A DNA stretch of 64,000 nt, from the NCBI GenBank assembly GCA_010093815.1, contig ML996576.1, one strand, 5' to 3'. The notes under the pieces were generated by a model. That model ran no database searches, was not told the DNA's origin, and was given only the letters and a program-made list of their open reading frames with translations. The position numbers and the translations under genes are program-made. Shown here piece after piece: positions 41,295-52,610 of this stretch (its first letter is position 1; each line of letters starts with the position of its first letter). This DNA comes from Pseudovirgaria hyperparasitica. Taxonomy: Eukaryota.

Positions 41295-42085
41295 ATGGTG
41301 TCCCCAGCACGAACTGCGACAATCTCGCGCGACACCAATGAAACCAAAATTAACATCTCTCTTAGCCTCGACGGTGGCGCCCTCCCACACAGCAGTACCA
41401 ATGGCGAAACAGCTGTCAAGCAAGATCACGCAGCGCAGATCTCCAAGCGTCAACAGATAGATGTAAATACGGGCATTGGGTTTCTGGATCATATGCTGCA
41501 CGCACTGGCGAAGCATGCGGGCTGGAGTTTACAAATACGGGCGAAGGGTGATCTGCACAGTACGTCTACTTCCACTCTCCATTCAGACGCTGAAGACTTG
41601 AATAAACAATAAACCGCTCGAGCTGACTCGAACACTCAGTTGATGACCACCACACTGCTGAAGACACATGCATCGCCCTCGGTACGGCCTTCAAGACCGC
41701 CCTCCTCACACCCACAACCCCACCACACCCTGCCCCCGCCCGCTTTGGCAGCGCATACTGCCCGCTCGATGAAGCCCTCTCGCGCGCCGTCATAGATCTC
41801 TCAAATCGCCCATACTCCGTTGTGGATCTTGGGCTCAAGAGAGAGAAGATTGGCGACCTGAGCTGTGAAATGATACCGCATTGCTTCCAGAGCTTCGCAC
41901 AGGCGGCGGGCGTAACGCTGCATGTAGATTGCTTGAGAGGCGAGAATGATCATCACAGGGCGGAGAGTGCCTTTAAAGCGTTGGCTGTAGCGATTCGGAT
42001 AGCTACGGGCCCGTGGGAAAGACCAGGTGTCGAGGTCGGTGAGGGCGAGGGCGAGGTGAGAAGTACCAAAGGGGTGTTGTATTGA
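41295..42085 (+). CDS. HIS3: Imidazoleglycerol-phosphate dehydratase; exons 41295-41559 and 41640-42085
   Basis: [60 protein letters not shown]. Confidence 0.97.
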
Positions 42086-42583
42086 GAATTTTATCGGCAG
42101 TCGAAAGCACGATGTTCGACACCTGACTTGGTTAATGTATGGTTGCTACAGTACAAACTGTGTCTATAGCCCTGTACAATATCCTTAATGATGATACACT
42201 ACCGCTTGTACTCTCTATGTGTTAGACAGAAACTTCATAATTTTACATAATGTACTTAAAATGATAGATCATGCTTCAAGCATCGTTATTACTTCATGAG
42301 GTCATATTTGCTCTATGTAAAGCTATTTCTGTACAGATGAATGCTTCAGAAGTCAACGGAGTATAGTACACAACAGGATAGTTATTCTATAGATATAGTA
42401 AGGCTGTACTGTCTATAATAGTGGAATAGAGAGAAGACTCGTTAGTATTAGGTTGGGATGTCCGTAAATGCTAGTCCTATTCCGGGTTAACTCTGGATAC
42501 AGCTTAGACCCTCGGACCTTGTCATTCAACAACAACGACCTGACGAGGCACGATCTACCCCGAGATTCTCAACATGCTCCAAT

Positions 42584-43865
42584 ATGCATCTCAATGAAGA
42601 TGCGAAGTACCGAACGTCGACTCAGTTTCGGTATTGGAATTTTACTCCAGACTCATTAGCGTCGTTGCGTCGAAACACCAATCGAGCCGCAGTAGAGCGC
42701 GTGAAGGCAGCCTTCGACCGGCGCCGCAAAGCTCGAATTGCTGCAGACAAAGCACAAAATGGCGGAGAAGTGACTGTAGTGTCAGAGTTGCAGACCAAAG
42801 AGGTAGAATGTTTGACTTTAGAGGAGGAGCAGAAACTACTGGGGTACTACTGCGCGCAATGTCTGAAGATGGGCAAGGACAACTTCAAGTACCCCGCAAA
42901 CGTATACGTGAGAGAGGACACCATGCCTTGAGTTCTCCATGCTTACTGCTCAGGGAACTGCAATTCAGTATATGAAACGATTCTACTTGTTCAACTCTCC
43001 AATGACATATCACCCCAAAGACATTCTCAAGACTGCTCTTTTTGTCGCAACTAAAACCGAGAACCACCACCAAGACTTGGACAAATACTGCGGACAAATA
43101 GGAGGAAAAAAGCCGACTCTTCGAGACGATGTACTAGCCCCAGAATTCATCTTGACTCAAGCACTCAGGTTCACATTTGAAGTGAGACATCCCTTTCGAG
43201 GTCTGACTGGTGGTCATCTGGAACTTCTGTCCATGGCTAAGGGAGAGGCAGCTGTACTTCCTGGGCACTCACAGTCTGCCGTACAACTACAGCAGGCTCT
43301 ACTTAGTCTACCTCAGACCTCTGGTGGGCCTGAAATCATACACGAGGTGCATCAGATGGAGAAACGCATCACAGAAGCTCATAGTATTGCATCCGATCGC
43401 TATCTCAAAAATGCAGCCCTGCTTACCGATGCGTACTTTCTCTACACGCCTTCTCAAATTTGGCTCGCCGCTCATCTCCTCGCCGACGAGCCACTGACTC
43501 TCTTCTATCTTGATACCAAGTTTACTGTCGCTCCTGGATCAAACTCATCAGCTCCACTCAAAACTAGGGTCATTTCCACCATCCGTAGCTGCGCGACGAT
43601 GATATCAAATGGAGATACACCATCCCAGCCAACTCTCGAAGAGCGTGCCGAACTCACACGTGTAGACAAGAAACTATACCAATGTCGTAATCCTGATAAA
43701 ATAGATTTGATTGGCCTGAATAAAGCACAGAAACGCGACGCTACTATGGATGGGAAGTTGGAGGAAGGACTGGCGAAGAAACGAAAAATTGAGAGAGAAA
43801 AGCAAGAGAAGGAAGCTGACGACTTTTGGGGTCCACCTCTACCAAATACAGGCGCTCCAGGCTAA
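42584..43865 (+). CDS. CCL1: Cyclin H (TFIIK/CAK cyclin); exons 42584-42907 and 42954-43865
   Basis: YRTSTQFRYWNF, TAIQYMKRFYLFNSPMTYHPK, LFVATKTEN, EFILTQALRFTFEVRHPFR, LLTDAYFLYTPSQIWLAA. Confidence 0.93.
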
Positions 43866-44211
43866 CGAGGGTCCGGATAGTGTCCTAACAACTCGGAACA
43901 TACGTCTCTGCTTCCCTGGAATCATGGCTCATAGGTATTTGAATCCAGGGGTGTGTTCGGACCATGAAAAAGGAGAAAGAAACTCGACGCTACATATGGG
44001 ACAAAAGTCGAGTGTATCTCCTGGTCGCGACCGGCAACTTCTTGTAGTAAAGAACGAATCTTCCGGTTTAGACCTCGCAGTAATGTCAAATATATGAGTC
44101 TGATGATTTGTCTCAATATTGGTAGCGGACCCCATTCAATCAAGGGGATAATACATGTCTGTTCTATTCTACAAGAGTGAACGTGACCCATGAATCCAAT
44201 ACTTTAACTTT

Positions 44212-46326
44212 TCATACATCACGCCAGTCTTGAAGATCCGGAGAGAGCCCAGTGACACTTGAGACATTTCCAGCGAACCAGTCCGCAACCTCCGTACGAT
44301 ACATCTCAGAGTTCAGTCGGTGGTTATCTGCCTCCCTTTCTTCTTCTTCATCCACCGAACGATCCTCCAGACAATCATGCGGATACTGCATAGCTGGTCC
44401 ATCCGTGGAAACATGTTTACGCTCACGTGTATGCTGTGCCTGGTACTTCAGACACTCAATCTCTTGCTCTTGCTGATGGATGACCTCGCTTATTGTTTGC
44501 GGAGCTTGTGTTTGGATAAACATTTTCAGCTTCATATACTGGATATTCATGTCCTTCATTTGAGCCTGTAGTGTCTCGATCGTCCCTTCTAAATCTAATA
44601 TCTTGGACTGTGCAAGGCTGTTGGACATCTCTTCGTGTAGGAGTCGACTTTCACTTGCATCTAGCTTTTCCTCCATAGCGGTAAGTGTTTCGTTGCGCTC
44701 GGCTAGAGTACTATGAGACACGCTGAGCTCGGCACGTAGTAAGCTGTTCGAGCGTACGAGGCTTGATATTCGAGTTTCAGCAAGCATGGCGTACGAGAGG
44801 TAGCTTGGATCGTTTGGGTGGGTTTGCTCCTCTGGATTGCGAGCCAGAGCGCTATTCTCGGCCAAGTTCCTCGAACCAAACAGTCCAGAGATATGTCCTC
44901 GGGCCAGTACATCAAGCAAGGTCAGACGGTTTCGGGCGAGGTCTTCGTATTGTTTGGCCTCTTCACAAAGGAGTGCAACAGTCTGATCTGCGATTCCAAT
45001 TGATTTCTCCTGGGTGGTGCGCTCCGTTTTAAGCCTCTTTATGGTCTGCAAGGCGTCGTTCATCTCCGCGATGGAAAGACTGCTCAGACGATTCTTGCTC
45101 TCCACTGCGTCGGCGACATCTTCTTTGAGCTGGACATTCTCAATCTTTAAGTCGTGGTATTCTGACAAGATCTTGAGCGCAGAGTCTTGGATCTGCCTGT
45201 CTTTAACTTGATCCCGCGCCAACTGCCCCTGAAGCTCCTCGACGAGGTGAGATTGTGTCTCGATCCCCTCTTGAGCTTCGGCGAGTTCTTTCCTAAGCTG
45301 GTCGTTCTCGGACTTGAAGTCGGCGATACTTGTTCCCACCGCCCAGTCTTTAATTCGCTCCTCGATCAGGCGCTCTTCTCGCAGCTCTGCCACAAGATCT
45401 CTTGCAGCTCGCGCTTCTGATCGACACACCTTTGACAATTGATCAATTTCCTTTGTCAACTCCTCCTTCTCTAGGACAAGCGTATTGACAATCTCCGCCC
45501 GCTCCACGACTGACCTGAGACTGTTCATACACGTCGAGCACTGCGGCATGAACTGCGAATCGCGATCATGCGTATGCTCCGCTCGCTCCCACTTACAGAT
45601 CCCCGCCGCTTCATATATACACCCACTAATCACACGACACAGTTCCTCATTGTGCTCGCGAACTTTGCTCGTCTCGTCCCCCATCTCTTCAATCCACCCA
45701 CCAGGATTCAGACGTAGCTTACCAAGCGGGGACAAAAGAGCCAGCAAGATCATTTCACACCCGTGGCAGTTTATTTGGAACCCATCGTCAACGTTGTGAA
45801 GGTGGTACTCGGTGTCGTATGCATCAGCGAACATGTTTCTAAGGGCCCCAGAGACCAGGTCTTCGTGGCGTCTGATATCATCTTCCTGTGTCTCCGCCTT
45901 CCTAAATGCCGTGCGCGCCTCTAGTCTCGAAGTCTCATATGCTTTCTCCGATTCAAGTCTCGCACTGCGTTCGTGCTCTAGCGCGCGCTTCGTCGCAACG
46001 AGTTGTATACGCAGTGGGTTTATCTGTTCGAACAGGCGTTTCTCTTCTGCCATCCACTTTTGTCTTTCACGTGAGAATTCTCGATCCTTGAAGTACAACT
46101 CGTCGTTCATTTGCTCCTTCTTGGTCCTGAGTTTGCAAAAGTGGTACGCCCAGGTCACGCCAATAGAACCAATGAAGCCTGCTTCGTTCATGTCTAGGTT
46201 AGTGGTGGGTGGCGCCGTGAGATGTGTGAAGGAGTCCATGTGCGAGAGGCAAAGCTTGGGTGCACAACAGCCAGTATTGCTTCCCGTGTCGCTGTGAGGC
46301 ATTAGACTTGATGATTCAGTCGACAT
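44212..46326 (-). CDS. Uncharacterised 704-aa coiled-coil protein with two HxH-x9-CxxC motifs
   Basis: 2.1-kb uninterrupted ORF; E/K/L/Q/R-rich heptad segments; no family recognised. Confidence 0.8.
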   Translation of the reverse strand: MSTESSSLMPHSDTGSNTGCCAPKLCLSHMDSFTHLTAPPTTNLDMNEAGFIGSIGVTWAYHFCKLRTKKEQMNDELYFKDREFSRERQKWMAEEKRLFEQINPLRIQLVATKRALEHERSARLESEKAYETSRLEARTAFRKAETQEDDIRRHEDLVSGALRNMFADAYDTEYHLHNVDDGFQINCHGCEMILLALLSPLGKLRLNPGGWIEEMGDETSKVREHNEELCRVISGCIYEAAGICKWERAEHTHDRDSQFMPQCSTCMNSLRSVVERAEIVNTLVLEKEELTKEIDQLSKVCRSEARAARDLVAELREERLIEERIKDWAVGTSIADFKSENDQLRKELAEAQEGIETQSHLVEELQGQLARDQVKDRQIQDSALKILSEYHDLKIENVQLKEDVADAVESKNRLSSLSIAEMNDALQTIKRLKTERTTQEKSIGIADQTVALLCEEAKQYEDLARNRLTLLDVLARGHISGLFGSRNLAENSALARNPEEQTHPNDPSYLSYAMLAETRISSLVRSNSLLRAELSVSHSTLAERNETLTAMEEKLDASESRLLHEEMSNSLAQSKILDLEGTIETLQAQMKDMNIQYMKLKMFIQTQAPQTISEVIHQQEQEIECLKYQAQHTRERKHVSTDGPAMQYPHDCLEDRSVDEEEEREADNHRLNSEMYRTEVADWFAGNVSSVTGLSPDLQDWRDV

Positions 46327-46850
46327 TGTTGGATTTGAAAAGGGGAATATCTGTGTTGAGTAATCTAAGTCAAGAGATCGACCTTTTCTGTCGCGTGAGT
46401 TCGAAAGCTATCAAGAGAAAGCTATCAAGCAATCTTCTCTTTGGAAATTCGAAAACAGGTATGAAATTGAGCAGCCAGCACACTAATGAGCTATCTGGCA
46501 AACGGGACAGCGAGCAAAAGGGAATGTACACGTGCTTGTGTGGAACCAGCAGAGATGCTACTTAGTTAAGGGAGCTCAGTGACGTTCAAGGCCTGATGTG
46601 AATATTGCAATACGAATCATACCTAGTTCATTACCGATTTTCTTCTTCAATATGCCTGATTCGATTCACAGTGGTCCAATGATGTTCAAGCCGGGGGTTC
46701 TATAGAGCTTTCAATCCTTGTCACATCTAGACGCAAGAGTATGACGACCTCGCAGGCAATGTATTACTACAGCAGGTCGATGTCTTCTCATTAAATGCCA
46801 TCCGACCAAGTTCACTTGTGCTTCCAGCTACTGCCATCTATCCACTGATC

Positions 46851-48440
46851 TTACAGGTACAGGCCCTCTGGTTCGCCTTCACTCTTAGTCTTCAGTACTC
46901 TTTCTCTTGCTGAGCGGAAATCTGCCATCTGCACCCGCATCCTTCGCTCACGGAGTGCCATGAGACCGGCTTCGGAGCAGATAGCCTTGATATCTGCTCC
47001 AGAAAGATCATCTTTCTGGTTGATGAATTCATCGAGATCGACATCATCGGACAGTGACATCTTTGAGGTGTGTAGAGTGAAGATCTTTTTCTTTGTGTTC
47101 TGGTCCGGATTCTCGAAGAGGATCTTGCGATCTATACGTCCAGGTCGGATCAAGGCAGGGTCAAGTGTCTCAATCTTATTAGTTGCCATGATCACTTTGA
47201 CATCGCCGCGATCATCAAATCCATCAAGTTGATTAAGGAGCTCCAACATAGTACGCTGGACCTCCCGTTCACCACCAGATGTCGACTCATATCGTTTCGT
47301 GCCAATCGCGTCGATCTCGTCGATAAACACTATTGATGGGGCGTGCTCGGCAGCGACCTGGAAGAGCTGCCGCACCAATCGTGGGCCGTCACCAAGATAT
47401 TTCTGGATCAGCTCACTACCAACGATACGAAGGAAAGTTGCGCTGGTCTGGTTGGCCACAGCTTTGGCTAGCAGTGTCTTTCCAGTACCAGGACCTCCAT
47501 AGAGGATGACACCCTTCGGTGGCTTGATACCCATCTCCTCATAGAGCTCCGGATGAAGTAGAGGTAGCTCCACGGCTTCTCTTACTTCTTGTATTTGCTG
47601 CTCCAAACCACCAATATCCGCATACGATTCCGTAGGTGCTTTGTCCAGCTTCATGACCGATACAAGTGGGTCGGCATCATCTGTCAGTACACCAACGACC
47701 GAAACAGACTTGTGGTGCAGGAGTATGCTGGCTCCCGGCTCAAGGAGATCCTTATCGACGAAAGACATGATCGAGACATAATACTCCGGTCCGGTAGCAC
47801 TAGAAACGATCGCATGATCGTCATCGATCAACTCTTCCAGGTTTCCAACGCCCATGGGACTGCCCCTCATATCATCAACTCTAGATCTTTCATCGGCGTT
47901 GCGGTCAATAGCGTCGGAATCGCCACCAGCAGCGGCTGGCTGGGTGGTACTTGCTGCTTTGGCCTTGCGGATGCGTTCCTGATTCTCGACGTATTCCTCC
48001 TCCAACAATAGATGATCGTGAATTCGTTGCATACGCAGATACTTAAGCTTACAGCGTGCTGTCGGGTATACTGTCGGGAGCTTTGCAGCGGCGTTTGGGC
48101 CTGCAGCCTTTCTTTTCTTACGACCGATACGGGTTGTTGGCTGCGGTGGTGGTTCATACTTGGGCTTATCCTTCTATAAAACATGATGTGTTAGTTTTTG
48201 TCTTCGCGTACCACATCAGATATATACAGGAGGCAATAGATTCAAGTCGCGTATCATAGGTTCAGCCATCTGATGGTGTTCTTTCTCTTTCGTAAATGAG
48301 AGTTTCATACCTTGCCGTCTTTCTTGTCCTTCCCACCCTCACCTGGCGCTCGGCCACCCGCGCTTGATTGGTTCGCGCCCTATAGAGAACGTCAACATAG
48401 CTCCTCGGCCTAGGTGTTCTTTATCGTGTATGCTTACCAT
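46851..48440 (-). CDS. RPT2: 26S proteasome AAA-ATPase subunit 4; exons 48440-48438 (ATG only), 48380-48311, 48174-46851
   Basis: MGANQS myristoylation start, [45 protein letters not shown]-terminal HbYX motif EGLYL. Confidence 0.97.
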
Positions 48441-49154
48441 ACTGAAAGTGTGCTTAGCAACTCTAGGCTAATAGCGCGCGTGTGAACGGTTTGTAGTGAT
48501 GAAAATTTGCAGGTTGTCAACAGAATGACGAAAGAGATGCACGAGATGCAAGTAGTTGATGGGTTATACAACCAGCGACGTTTACATGTGTATGAGAGCT
48601 CGATAGCCCTGGAAGATTGATGGGGATGTTGGTAGACGGATAGGTAAGCTGCGCTAGTCGGTGGCGTCTACTAGCGCTGCTGCTGTAGCTGTACCTTCGT
48701 GGATGACTGGCCGCTGGCAAACGAATGGAACCACGAAGCCAGATTCGAGGATTGTTGCAACACGTCAAACCCTCTTCTTCAACGAAATCACCCGGCTACT
48801 TCTACCTGTAATCTGGACGTCGTATACATATACATACAACCATCCAACTATACTTCCCTCTCATCTTCTCTCCACGTCTAAGCTCGCGTGAACGACTACT
48901 GATCACCCCACCGTCAACATTACACTGTGGTATGAATACTACATAAACACACTCAGAGATCAATACTCACATAAGACCTGCTCCAGGCCTACTGTTTTTC
49001 GCGAACAGAAAAACCCGATACCCTTCCCCAAATCACGACCTGTTACCTACAGACGCCTAGGCAAGCATTCCCAAGGGCTCGCCTTGTCTGTCCGACACCT
49101 CCGGCGCTACCTCGACACCTGCTACATCTACGTTTTGGTCTTCAGTTCTACGAT

Positions 49155-49989
49155 ATGTCGAATCGAAATCGTCGCATTGCAAAGGAAATTGCCGACATTC
49201 AAAACGACAGACATTCACAAATAGAAGCCGGACCTGCTGGCAATGGGGACGATATGACCCATCTGACTGGGTCGTTTCCTGGGCCGCCAGATACTCCTTA
49301 CGAAGGTGGCACATATGTAGTCGATATCAAGATACCGACTGACTATCCGTTTCGCCCACCACTCATGCGGTTCACAACTAAGATTTGGCATCCTAATGTC
49401 AGCAGCCAAACGGTAATGCTCCGAACCATAAGTCAATGTATCGATCCTTGACCTATTCTTGTAGGGTGCAATCTGCCTCGATACTCTCTCCTCCCAGTGG
49501 TCTCCAGTCCTCACAGTCAAGTCCGCCCTCATATCACTACAGTCATTACTCAGTACACCAGAGCCAAAAGACCCCCAAGACGCCGAGGTCGCCGCGATGC
49601 TTATCAGACAGCCAGAAGAGTTCAAACATAAGGCAATGGAATGGGCTGTGAAGTACGCAGGTGCATCTCGCAAAGAGCAAGGTGAAGGCAGCGGTGGTGC
49701 CACGGCTGAATCTATCAGGCGCAAAGCAGCACAGGCGAAAGAAAATGAGGAGAAGGCGAGGCTGGAAGCGTAGGTGCACCCCGAACTATATCAGATCAAA
49801 GCTAACAATTGTAGATATCATGGGTACAACAAGCAACTGATCGACCGATTTGTGGACATGGGTTTCGACGTACCTGCAGTGGTGTCTGCTTTTGAATATT
49901 TAGAGATCGACAAGAACAATGGGGAAGATTATGAGCTGGAAGAGGCGTACATGGGCGATATCACTGCACGACTATTTGGCGAAGCATGA
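49155..49989 (+). CDS. UBC1: Ubiquitin-conjugating enzyme E2 with C-terminal UBA domain; introns 49413-49464 and 49770-49814
   Basis: [38 protein letters not shown] (catalytic Cys), [15 protein letters not shown]-like IDRFVDMGF. Confidence 0.95.
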
Positions 49990-50556
49990 GATTTCAGCGA
50001 ACGGAGTATCATCTTTGCTTAGCGCTGTTAGGTCACATTCCAAAGGATCATAACTTTTTTACTCTGATTATGGGGGCAAAGTCCTCAGGTGGATATGGCG
50101 TTTTTGGGGTGTGGCAAATAGCATACCAGCTGCCAAATTGTTCACATCTGACGACCTGGCACTTCTCAAGCCGTATTGATATCAAGCATTGGATCTTACC
50201 TAGGTATGTAGCTTAGACTTAGCCGCACGAACAAAGCTTGGCTACATTAGTACCATATACATCGTATAATACATCGTATAGGATAGAATAGTCTGAATAT
50301 ACCCCTTATCACAGCCTATGTCAGTTCTTCAATCGATATTTTGTTGTTTGATGGAATAGATTTCTCTCGAGCAGCTGCTTGGTCGCACCCCAGCCGAGAG
50401 CAGTGAGCACGCTAGCCCATTGAGGCTAGACCGCCGTTCAGGTCCGGCCGGGCTGGACCCACATCAATATTTAGAGCTACTCCAGCGCATATAGAAATCA
50501 CTGCGCGAGGTACCCCATTTGGAAGTACATCGATCTTACCTGGAGCCGAGATTGAG

Positions 50557-52326
50557 ATGGACGAAAATGAAATCACGGACACGGATGACCAAGCACTTCG
50601 GAGCTTCCTGCCAACATCCTTCGGCAAACAGAGCAAGAAAACGAATGTGCAGGCACAGATCGAACAGTCAAAGCGAAACGTAGCTCCCGAGCCAAAGAAA
50701 CTGGTTGCGGCTGGATATGACAGTGATTCGGAGGAAGGCAAGAAGGATACTGGGAGTTCCGATGATAATGGTGACAGCAGCGATGAAGATGAAGACGAAG
50801 ACGACGAGTTTCCCGTTTCGCATGAGATGAAGCTAAAGACGCACGAAAGCGCCGTAACAACGATAACCCTCGACGCGTCCGGAGCACGTATGGTGACTGG
50901 GTCTAAGGACTGCTCGCTCAAATTCCACGACTTCTCATCTATGACTCCGACTACTATACGTGCTTTCAAGTCTGTAGATCCTGCAGCGACCAAGCTGAAG
51001 TCCAACGCCGAAGCTCACCCTATATACCAAGCCAGCTTCAGCCCACTTTCTTCGAATCAGATACTCGTTATAACAGCCTCACCGCAAGCAAAAGTGTTCA
51101 GTCGAGATGGAGAATTACAATGCGAGTTTGCCAAGGGTGACATGTACCTGCGTGATATGAACAATACCAAAGGACATGTATCAGAGGTTACCTCCGGAGC
51201 GTGGCATCCAACAAACCGTGATCTCTGCGTGACAGCAGGGACTGACAGCACACTACGAATATGGGATGTCAACAACAAGAGGGCGCAGCGAGATGTTATT
51301 GTGCACAAGTCACAACTGCCAGGCTCTGGAGGCAGAACGAGAATGACAGCTGTCTCTTGGGGTTCTCCTATGCAGGGAGGTCCCAACGTACTCGTCGCTG
51401 CAGCATATGACGGGAGCTTGGTTATGTGGAGCGGTGAAGGTCCGTATTCGCGGCCGGCTGGCGTTATTCGAGATGCTCATGAGAAGGACACATGGACTGG
51501 AGGACTGGACATCAGTGCAGATGGTAGACTTATCATCACTCGTGGTGGTGATGACACGATTAAGCTTTGGGATACCCGCAAGTTCAAAGCTCCAGTCAAC
51601 ACTGTTTCGCACAAATCAACTTCGCTAGAATTCCCAACCTCGAACATCCGGTTCTCCCCGAACTCATCTAGTGTCCTGGTCGGGTCTGAGACCGGCCATT
51701 TGCACATTTTGAACCCAGCGACTCTTAGACCAGAGCTCGTGACTCCGATTACTCCAGGATCTCCGTTGGTCACAGTGCTATGGCATGAGAGATTGAACCA
51801 GATAATCACAGGTTCTGCTAATGCAGAAGCGCACGTCCTCTACAACCCCAATACGTCAACATCAGGTGCCAAGATGGTAATGAGCAAAGCTCCTAAGAAA
51901 AGACACGTGGACGATGATCCTAGCCTCACCATGGACCTCTCGCAGGGTATCTCCAATGATGCCATTGTCACTCCTGGAGGCATTCTCACTGGATCTGGTC
52001 AGCCCTCGACGAGTTTTGCAGCCCGACACCCCCAGCTAGGCCTCACAGCGTCAGGAAAATCAAGAGATCCGCGGAGACCACATATACCTGCAACAACTCC
52101 ATTCTCGAAGAATGCCCCCGACGCAAGACACATCAGGGACAGCATACCACTTAGCTCTATGCGCGATGAAGATCCCCGTGAAGCATTGCTGAGGTATGCC
52201 GATAAGGCCAAGAACGATCCCCTGTTCACGAACGCATGGAAGACAACACAGCCAAAGACGCTTTATGCAGACCTTAGTGACGAGGACGAAGAAGGTGGTC
52301 CAGAAGCCAAGAAAATCAAACGATGA
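50557..52326 (+). CDS. WD40-repeat protein WDR70 homologue, single exon
   Basis: LPTSFGK, FPVSHE, KGDMYLRDMNNTKGH, DSTLRIWD, RGGDDTIKLWD and EDPREALLRYA...AWKTTQP motifs of WDR70. Confidence 0.9.
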   Translation: MDENEITDTDDQALRSFLPTSFGKQSKKTNVQAQIEQSKRNVAPEPKKLVAAGYDSDSEEGKKDTGSSDDNGDSSDEDEDEDDEFPVSHEMKLKTHESAVTTITLDASGARMVTGSKDCSLKFHDFSSMTPTTIRAFKSVDPAATKLKSNAEAHPIYQASFSPLSSNQILVITASPQAKVFSRDGELQCEFAKGDMYLRDMNNTKGHVSEVTSGAWHPTNRDLCVTAGTDSTLRIWDVNNKRAQRDVIVHKSQLPGSGGRTRMTAVSWGSPMQGGPNVLVAAAYDGSLVMWSGEGPYSRPAGVIRDAHEKDTWTGGLDISADGRLIITRGGDDTIKLWDTRKFKAPVNTVSHKSTSLEFPTSNIRFSPNSSSVLVGSETGHLHILNPATLRPELVTPITPGSPLVTVLWHERLNQIITGSANAEAHVLYNPNTSTSGAKMVMSKAPKKRHVDDDPSLTMDLSQGISNDAIVTPGGILTGSGQPSTSFAARHPQLGLTASGKSRDPRRPHIPATTPFSKNAPDARHIRDSIPLSSMRDEDPREALLRYADKAKNDPLFTNAWKTTQPKTLYADLSDEDEEGGPEAKKIKR

Positions 52327-52413
52327 TTGTCAAGTCAAATTTGAGCGAGATGTGCATTCTCGGCGTTTTGTTATCGAATACCCAAAAGATATATCACTTT
52401 CAAAGACGCAACT

Positions 52414-52443
52414 ATGGACAGTAGTCTCATGGACAGTAGTCTC
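52414..52443. repeat. Exact 15-nt tandem duplication (ATGGACAGTAGTCTC)x2
   Basis: Read directly, between WDR70 and RMT2. Confidence 0.9.
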
Positions 52444-52610
52444 GCAGTCATTGTAAAAAACCCTCACGACCGTGTGCCATGCGGTTCACCGTTCGCTTAA
52501 GATCCCGCCATCTAGCCGGATTACGTTTAGCTCAGCCCTGCATCTCGTAAACCTCGAAATTATTCAAAGTTCTGTCTATCTAAGTGGCGAAGTTCATGGA
52601 CACTTGAATC

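Noticed and set aside
42188..42300. ATGATGA ... CAGA ... ATGA as a possible C/D snoRNA
   Set aside because: No canonical CTGA D box and no convincing rRNA guide; lies in the HIS3 3' region.
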